This document shows positions 57,624-64,000 of a DNA stretch of 64,000 nt, one piece after another. Positions within the stretch are counted from its first letter, which is position 1; each line of letters opens with the position of its first letter. The notes under the pieces are model-generated. The model saw only the letters and a list, made by a program, of their open reading frames with translations. It had not been told where the DNA came from and made no database searches. The position numbers were made by a program, and so were the translations under genes. The stretch covers positions 9,402 through 73,401 of the forward strand of contig CAZCTP010000004.1 in the NCBI GenBank assembly GCA_964501575.1, written 5' to 3'. Source of the stretch: an uncultured Thermodesulfobacteriota bacterium (GTDB taxonomy: Bacteria > Desulfobacterota > CAZCTP01).

Positions 57624-60600
57624 TTTCCCCTCCTGTGATAATATTGAAGTGGATTAACATCTATACCCATATTTTTAATAGATTCTATAGACCTCACTGC
57701 AGCCATAGCTCCTGAAATAGTAGTAAAGTATGGTATATTACAATGTATAGTTGTTCTCCTTATAGAGTACGAATCAGCAAGCGATTTCGTCCCAGATGGT
57801 GTATTTATAACCAAAGACACTTCTCCACTCTTTATAATATCCACAATATTAGGACTACCTTCTTGAACTTTATTTACAGTTCTAACACTAATTTTATTAT
57901 CCCTTAAGAATGAAGCTGTTCCTCTTGTAGCAAATATATTGAATCCATTTTTTAATAACCTTTCTGCAACCGGGAGAACTGCTTCTTTATCCTCATCCCT
58001 TACACTTATAAAAACATTCCCTTCAAGGGGCAATCCCAAACCAGTAGCTATCTGTGATTTTGCAAAAGCCATCTCAAAGGACTTATCTATACCCATAACT
58101 TCTCCTGTAGATTTCATTTCTGGTCCTAATATTGTGTCAACCCCAGGGAATTTTATAAATGGAAATACAGACTCTTTAACAGATATATATTCCGGAATAA
58201 CCTCCTTTGTAAATCCTAAATCTTTCAATCTCTTTCCAACCATAATCTTTGTGGCTATCTTAGCCAAAGGAATACCTATAGCCTTACTTACAAAGGGTAT
58301 TGTCCTTGATGCTCTTGGATTTACTTCAAGTATATATATCTCTTTATCCTTAATAGCATATTGAATATTCATTAATCCCACAACCTCAAGTTCATAAGAT
58401 AACGCTTTTGTCTGTTCCACTATTTCATTTAAAAGCCCTCTATCCAATGAATACGGTGGGAGTGAACATGCACTATCTCCAGAATGTATTCCTGCTCTTT
58501 CAATATGCTCCATTATACCCCCAATTACCACATCATATCCATCGCTTATTGCATCAACATCTATCTCGATAGCATCCTCTAAAAATTTCTCTATTAATAT
58601 TGGATGGTCTGGAGATGCTTTAACAGCATTCTCTATATATTCCCTTAATCCTTCCCTATCATATATAACTTCCATTGCTCTACCACCAAGAACATAGGAA
58701 GGTCTGACCAATACCGGATAACCTATAATCTCTCCTACTTTTAGAGCCTCTTCATAAGACCTTGCTATTCCATTTTTAGGCTGTTTTAGATTTAGTTTGT
58801 TTAACAGATCCTTAAATCTCTCTCTATCTTCAGCTCTATCAATACTATCAGATGTTGTTCCCAATATATTAACCCCCTCTTTTTCAAGTGATATCGCCAA
58901 TTTTAAGGGAGTTTGTCCCCCAAACTGAAGAATAACCCCATATGGCTTCTCTTTATCAATAATATTTAAAACATCCTCCAGGGTTAATGGTTCAAAGTAT
59001 AATCTATCAGATGTATCATAGTCAGTGCTCACAGTTTCTGGATTACAATTAACCATTATTGTCTCAAAACCCTCCTCCCTCAATGCAAAAGAGGAATGAA
59101 CACAACAATAATCAAACTCTATTCCCTGGCCTATTCTATTTGGCCCACTACCCAATATAACCACTTTTTTCCTATCTGTAACCCTCGCTTCATCCTCAAC
59201 TTCATAGGTAGAATATAGATAGGGAGTATATGCCTCAAACTCTGCAGCACAGGTATCAACCCTCTTATATGTGGGAATTATACCCATACTTTCCCTTAAT
59301 CTTCTTATTTTCATTTCATCATTCCCTGTTAACTGAGCTATTCTAACATCTGAAAAACCAAATTCTTTCGCCTCTTTTAATAATTCATAGGAAGGGAATA
59401 TATATCTATTAGATATGATCCCCCTCTCCATATCAACTATCTCTTTTATATTGTACAGAAACCATTTATCAATCTTTGTTAAACTATATATTTCCTCTAT
59501 AGAGGTTCCAATCCTTATAGCATCAGCTATATACCACAATCTATCAGGATTTGGGATCCTGAGTTTTTCCTTTATTAAATTAATATCTGACGATTTGATT
59601 TCAAATCCAAAACTTCCTATCTCTAAGGACCTCAAACCTTTCTGAAGAGCCTCTTTAAATGTTCTTCCGATTGCCATAGCCTCCCCAACAGATTTCATCT
59701 GAGTTGTAAGGGTTGGATCTGATTGAGGAAATTTTTCGAATGTAAATCTTGGTATCTTCACGACCACATAATCAAGAGTAGGTTCAAAGGATGCCTTTGT
59801 TTCTCGAGTTATATCATTTGGTATTTCATCCAGAGTATATCCTATTGCCAACTTTGCTGCTATTTTTGCAATAGGAAATCCTGTAGCCTTTGATGCCAAT
59901 GCTGAACTTCTTGATACCCTTGGATTCATCTCAATTACAACAAGCTCACCATTATCTGGGTTTACTGCAAATTGTATGTTTGAACCTCCGGTATCTACAC
60001 CTATTTCTCTTATTATAGCTATCGCTGCATCTCTCATTATCTGATATTCCTTATCACTTAAGGTCTGAGCTGGAGCAACAGTTATACTATCTCCGGTATG
60101 TATACCCATTGGATCAAAGTTCTCAATTGAACATATTATAACTACATTATCCTTACCATCTCTCATAACTTCGAGTTCATATTCTTTCCATCCAAGGACA
60201 GATTCTTCAATCAACACCTCTCCTACTGGACTTATATTAATGCCCCATTCAACATACTCTTCAAACTCCTCCCTATTATAAGCAACACTACCTCCAGTAC
60301 CACCAAGTGTAAAGGACGGCCTTATGATAACAGGATAACCTATATCTTTAATTATCTTCAATCCCTCTTTAAGAGATTTAATATATCCACTCCTTGGAAC
60401 CTTAAGTCCTATCCTCTCCATAGCATCTCTGAACTCTTCCCTGTTCTCAGCCTTTTTTATTGCACTTAAATTCGCCCCGATTAGCTTGATTCTATATTTA
60501 TCAAGGACTCCTCTTTCTGCCAGTACAACAGAGGTATTTAGGGCTGTTTGTCCACCTAATGTTGGCAAAATAGCATCTGGCTTCTCTTTATCAATAATTT

Positions 60601-60826
60601 TCTCTATAATTTCAGGCGTTATAGGTTCAATATATGTTTTATCAGAGAAATCAGGATCCGTCATTATTGTTGCAGGATTACTATTGATAAGGACAACTTC
60701 ATATCCTTCTTCCCTTAATGCTTTGCATGCCTGGGTTCCAGAATAGTCAAATTCACATGCCTGTCCAATTATTATTGGACCGGACCCTATTATCAATATT
60801 CTTTTTATATCATTTCTCTTTGGCAT
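57620..60826 (-). CDS. carB: carbamoyl-phosphate synthase large subunit
   Basis: 1068 aa. Duplicated ATP-grasp halves plus MGS-like C-terminal domain. Confidence 0.95.
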   Translation of the reverse strand: MPKRNDIKRILIIGSGPIIIGQACEFDYSGTQACKALREEGYEVVLINSNPATIMTDPDFSDKTYIEPITPEIIEKIIDKEKPDAILPTLGGQTALNTSVVLAERGVLDKYRIKLIGANLSAIKKAENREEFRDAMERIGLKVPRSGYIKSLKEGLKIIKDIGYPVIIRPSFTLGGTGGSVAYNREEFEEYVEWGINISPVGEVLIEESVLGWKEYELEVMRDGKDNVVIICSIENFDPMGIHTGDSITVAPAQTLSDKEYQIMRDAAIAIIREIGVDTGGSNIQFAVNPDNGELVVIEMNPRVSRSSALASKATGFPIAKIAAKLAIGYTLDEIPNDITRETKASFEPTLDYVVVKIPRFTFEKFPQSDPTLTTQMKSVGEAMAIGRTFKEALQKGLRSLEIGSFGFEIKSSDINLIKEKLRIPNPDRLWYIADAIRIGTSIEEIYSLTKIDKWFLYNIKEIVDMERGIISNRYIFPSYELLKEAKEFGFSDVRIAQLTGNDEMKIRRLRESMGIIPTYKRVDTCAAEFEAYTPYLYSTYEVEDEARVTDRKKVVILGSGPNRIGQGIEFDYCCVHSSFALREEGFETIMVNCNPETVSTDYDTSDRLYFEPLTLEDVLNIIDKEKPYGVILQFGGQTPLKLAISLEKEGVNILGTTSDSIDRAEDRERFKDLLNKLNLKQPKNGIARSYEEALKVGEIIGYPVLVRPSYVLGGRAMEVIYDREGLREYIENAVKASPDHPILIEKFLEDAIEIDVDAISDGYDVVIGGIMEHIERAGIHSGDSACSLPPYSLDRGLLNEIVEQTKALSYELEVVGLMNIQYAIKDKEIYILEVNPRASRTIPFVSKAIGIPLAKIATKIMVGKRLKDLGFTKEVIPEYISVKESVFPFIKFPGVDTILGPEMKSTGEVMGIDKSFEMAFAKSQIATGLGLPLEGNVFISVRDEDKEAVLPVAERLLKNGFNIFATRGTASFLRDNKISVRTVNKVQEGSPNIVDIIKSGEVSLVINTPSGTKSLADSYSIRRTTIHCNIPYFTTISGAMAAVRSIESIKNMGIDVNPLQYYHRRGN

Positions 60827-60829
60827 ATA

Positions 60830-61738
60830 TTATATCTCCTGAATCCATCCGTTATTAATATTACACTCATTGAGGATGTTCATAACCTCTATGAATTCTT
60901 TATTAGAAATCTTTCTATTAATATATTTATCATCAACACCCTTATAAGCTGGAAAATATTGAGTCATAATACTAAGGAATATATTTCTTGAAATATTATT
61001 AACTATAAATTTAATAACATTTCTTGTTCCAGATATATTATTAGGAAGTATTAAATGTCTTATAATAACTCCTCTTACAGCTATCCCATCATCACTTGTT
61101 ACTAGATTCCCTACCTGCCTGAACATTTCCTTTATTGCTTCTCTATTTACTTCACAATATCCATATACATATGAATATTTATAAGCCATATTATCATCTG
61201 AGTATTTCATATCAGGAAGATATATATCTATAATTCCATCAAGCAAATTTAATGAATCTACAGATTCATATCCGTTACAATTATATACTATAGGAATATT
61301 TAAACCATTATATCTTGCAAAATATATTGCCGCTAAAATATGAGGATGAAAATGAGATGGAGTAACAAGATTTATATTATGAGCCCCTTTCCCTTGGAGT
61401 CCTAACATCTTTTCCGCAAGCTCTTTTATTCCAATTTCTTTACCATAACCAAATTGACTTATAGGGTAATTCTGACAGAATTTACATCTAAGATTGCAAT
61501 TTGTAAAAAATATATTCCCAGCTCCCTTATATCCGGATATGGGAGGTTCTTCTCCAGAATGGATATTAATACTGGATACCATGAGTCTCAAACCAGATCT
61601 ACAGAATCCTTTCTCATTCTTAAGCCTATTAACCCCGCATTCTCGTGGACATAACCTACATTTCTTCAAAAGAGAAAAAGCTTCCTTTATCCTTTCTAAG
61701 AACTCTTTATCATTTAAGTTCAGATAATTAGGCTGCAT
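60830..61738 (-). CDS. radical SAM protein, PFL-activase-like (PflX / AmmeMemoRadiSam-type) with extra N-terminal Cys cluster
   Basis: 302 aa. [10 protein letters not shown] (CX3CX2C). N-terminal [10 protein letters not shown]...C cluster. Confidence 0.65.
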   Translation of the reverse strand: MQPNYLNLNDKEFLERIKEAFSLLKKCRLCPRECGVNRLKNEKGFCRSGLRLMVSSINIHSGEEPPISGYKGAGNIFFTNCNLRCKFCQNYPISQFGYGKEIGIKELAEKMLGLQGKGAHNINLVTPSHFHPHILAAIYFARYNGLNIPIVYNCNGYESVDSLNLLDGIIDIYLPDMKYSDDNMAYKYSYVYGYCEVNREAIKEMFRQVGNLVTSDDGIAVRGVIIRHLILPNNISGTRNVIKFIVNNISRNIFLSIMTQYFPAYKGVDDKYINRKISNKEFIEVMNILNECNINNGWIQEI

Positions 61739-62843
61739 CTTTAATCATTTTTATAAACTTCTCAAATAGATAGTGAGAATCATGGGGACCTGGAGAAGCT
61801 TCAGGGTGATATTGAACAGAAAATATTTTAAGATCTTCACGAGATAACCCTTCAACACTATTATCATTAAGGTTTATATGGGTCAACTCTGCTATTCCTC
61901 TAAGAGATTCGATATCAATAGCGAATCCATGATTTTGAGATGTTATCTCAACTTTTCCTGTCTTAATCTCCTTAACGGGTTGATTTCCTCCTCTATGCCC
62001 AAACTTTAACTTGTATGTCTTTCCTCCAAGCGCTAGGCCTAATATCTGATGCCCGAGGCATATACCAAATATTGGCTTTCCCCCGATTAATTTTTTTATA
62101 TTCTCTATAGCATAGGTAACACCCTGGGGGTCACCAGGACCATTGGATAAAAATATACCATCAGGATTCATTCTTATAACATCTTCAGCCTTTGTAGATG
62201 CAGGAACAACTGTAACATTACATCCATTATCTACAAGCATCCTTAATATATTCCTCTTAATACCGAAATCATAAACTAAAATATTAAATATAGAGCTTTG
62301 CTTTCTCCTATATCCCTTTTTTAAGTTCCATGTTCCCTCATCCCATGTATAGGGTTCTTTGCATGTAACATTCTTCACAAGGTCTCTACCCACTAAACCA
62401 GGTAATGACCTTACTTTAGATAAAAGGGATTCTATATCAAAATCTTCAGTAGAAATTATACCCTGTTGAGCTCCTTTTATTCTTATATGTCTTGTTAATG
62501 CTCTTGTATCTATTCCATATATACCAACTATTCCGTGTGTTTCTAAAAATTCATTCAGTGTTAGCCTATATCTCCAGTTATTTGGATAAAAGCTGGGTTC
62601 TTTAACCACAAAACCTTCAACCTGAGGAGTTAAAGACTCAATATCCTCTTCGTTAATTCCATAATTCCCTATCAAAGGATATGTCATCGTCACTATCTGC
62701 CCATTATATGATGGATCTGTCATTATCTCCTGATATCCCGTCATACTAGTATTAAATACAACCTCACCTATTTTCTCTCCCCTCGCTCCAAATGACTTTC
62801 CTTCAAATGTTGTCTTGTCATCCAACACTAATATTGCCTTCAT
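61728..62843 (-). CDS. carA: carbamoyl-phosphate synthase small (glutamine amidotransferase) subunit
   Basis: 371 aa. GICLGHQ catalytic Cys, H..E triad. Confidence 0.92.
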   Translation of the reverse strand: MKAILVLDDKTTFEGKSFGARGEKIGEVVFNTSMTGYQEIMTDPSYNGQIVTMTYPLIGNYGINEEDIESLTPQVEGFVVKEPSFYPNNWRYRLTLNEFLETHGIVGIYGIDTRALTRHIRIKGAQQGIISTEDFDIESLLSKVRSLPGLVGRDLVKNVTCKEPYTWDEGTWNLKKGYRRKQSSIFNILVYDFGIKRNILRMLVDNGCNVTVVPASTKAEDVIRMNPDGIFLSNGPGDPQGVTYAIENIKKLIGGKPIFGICLGHQILGLALGGKTYKLKFGHRGGNQPVKEIKTGKVEITSQNHGFAIDIESLRGIAELTHINLNDNSVEGLSREDLKIFSVQYHPEASPGPHDSHYLFEKFIKMIKDAA

Positions 62844-64000
62844 TATATATTATCCTTATATATTATCCTTCCATTTATTATAGTATATATAACTTTCCCC
62901 TTTACTTTCCACCCATGGAAAGGTGTATTTTTGCTCTTTGACTTAAATTTTTCTCTATCTATTGTATATTCCCTATCAGGGTCAATAATTGTTATATCAG
63001 CATCCATCCCTATCCCTAAACTTCCTTTTTTTATATCTATTATCTTTGCAGGATTTATTGTTAACTTTGAAACTGCTTCATTTAAACTTAAAATACCTTC
63101 TTCCACAAGCTTTAATGTCAATGGGAGAGCTGTCTCCAGACCAATAATTCCATTTGCTGCTTTATTAAATTCTAAATTCTTTGAATCTATATCATGAGGA
63201 GCATGGTCTGTGGCTATAACATCAATTACTCCTTCCCTCAGCCCTACCTTAATAGCCTCAATATCCTCTTTTGTTCTTAGCGGCGGATTTACCTTCACAT
63301 TAGTATTATAATAATATACAGCCTCTTCAGTGAGTGTAAAATGATGGGGAGTTACCTCTGCTGTTATATTTATTCCTCTTTTTTTAGCCTCCCTTATTAT
63401 TCTAACAGATCCAGCAGAACTAATATGGGCAAGATGCAGCTTACACCCCGTGAGTTCTGATAAAGCTATATCCCTTGCAACCATTATCTCCTCAGCACAA
63501 TTGGGAATCCCTTTGAGTCCTAATTCTGTGGATATAAATCCCTCATTTACCTGCCCATCCTTTGAAAGATTTAAATCTTCACAATGAGATATAATAGGCA
63601 TATTGAATCCTTTTGCATATTCCATTCCTCTTCTCAAAACTTCGCTATTCATAACTGAACTTCCATCATCAGAAAGTGCCACACAACCAGCCTCCTTAAG
63701 CTCTCCTATCTCCGAGAGATTCTCTCCTTTAAGTCCCTTTGTTATAGCTCCTATAGGATATATATTAACTAATCCCTCTGTAGAAGCCTTTGTAAGAATA
63801 TACCTTGTTACAGAGGCATTATCATTTGTAGGGTATGTATTTGGCATACATGCAATTGATGTAAACCCTCCTGCTGCTGCTGCTAAGGAACCTGTTTTTA
63901 TACTCTCCTTATATTCATAACCTGGTTCTCTTAAATGTGTATGAATATCTATTAACCCTGGCACAACAATATATCCCCTTGCATCAATCATTTCCCCATC
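62843..64000 (-). CDS. pyrC: dihydroorotase; N-terminus probably beyond the window edge
   Basis: [14 protein letters not shown]...DHAPH motifs. The ORF reaches the window end. Confidence 0.8.
   Translation of the reverse strand, partial: DGEMIDARGYIVVPGLIDIHTHLREPGYEYKESIKTGSLAAAAGGFTSIACMPNTYPTNDNASVTRYILTKASTEGLVNIYPIGAITKGLKGENLSEIGELKEAGCVALSDDGSSVMNSEVLRRGMEYAKGFNMPIISHCEDLNLSKDGQVNEGFISTELGLKGIPNCAEEIMVARDIALSELTGCKLHLAHISSAGSVRIIREAKKRGINITAEVTPHHFTLTEEAVYYYNTNVKVNPPLRTKEDIEAIKVGLREGVIDVIATDHAPHDIDSKNLEFNKAANGIIGLETALPLTLKLVEEGILSLNEAVSKLTINPAKIIDIKKGSLGIGMDADITIIDPDREYTIDREKFKSKSKNTPFHGWKVKGKVIYTIINGRIIYKDNI

Overview
This window is AT-rich bacterial chromosomal DNA, not a plasmid or phage. 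The proteins are rich in K, E and I, so the host is probably a low-GC thermophile; I cannot name the organism. Almost every gene is on the minus strand and packed with 1-10 bp overlaps or gaps.

From high to low coordinate the minus-strand content is:
- A pyrimidine/arginine block: pyrC (partial), carA, a radical-SAM gene, carB, a DUF1858 mini-protein, recG and a PaaI thioesterase.
- A crotonase-dut-rsmB operon.
- A plus-strand accessory island (about 45.0-51.4 kb): lipoprotein, a 55-aa clostridial-type 2[4Fe-4S] ferredoxin, and a three-gene operon (PilB/GspE/MshE-family secretion ATPase, TPR membrane protein, LysM secreted protein).
- The classical translation/transcription 'superoperon' (44.7-13.0 kb), in the E. 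coli thrU-tyrU-glyT-thrT-tufB/str/S10/spc/alpha order: tRNA-Thr(TGT), tRNA-Tyr, tRNA-Gly, tRNA-Thr(GGT), tuf, rpmG, tRNA-Trp, secE, nusG, rplKAJL, rpoB, rpoC, rpsL, rpsG, fusA, tuf, then the S10, spc and alpha operons through rplQ, and tRNA-Met.
- Housekeeping and accessory genes: a SPOR protein, a lone CoA-transferase beta subunit, a ClpP-fold protease, queA-tgt-yajC-secD-secF, an APC permease/Usp/RCK module, recJ, and the start of an MBL-fold hydrolase.

I found no CRISPR array, IS element or integrase.

Points worth follow-up:
- A perfect 1.21-kb tuf duplication, with codon usage sharply unlike the adjacent fusA and ribosomal-protein genes.
- A four-cysteine insertion in EF-Tu.
- A CxxC...CxxC tail on ribosomal protein L24, alongside zinc-type S14, L33 and L36.
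- An orphan MshE/PilB-like ATPase module with LysM and TPR partners that resemble a split FimV.
- A GC-rich structured island with a 27-codon sORF upstream of the ferredoxin.

All identifications come from reading the translations for motifs and from gene order. No database search was run.
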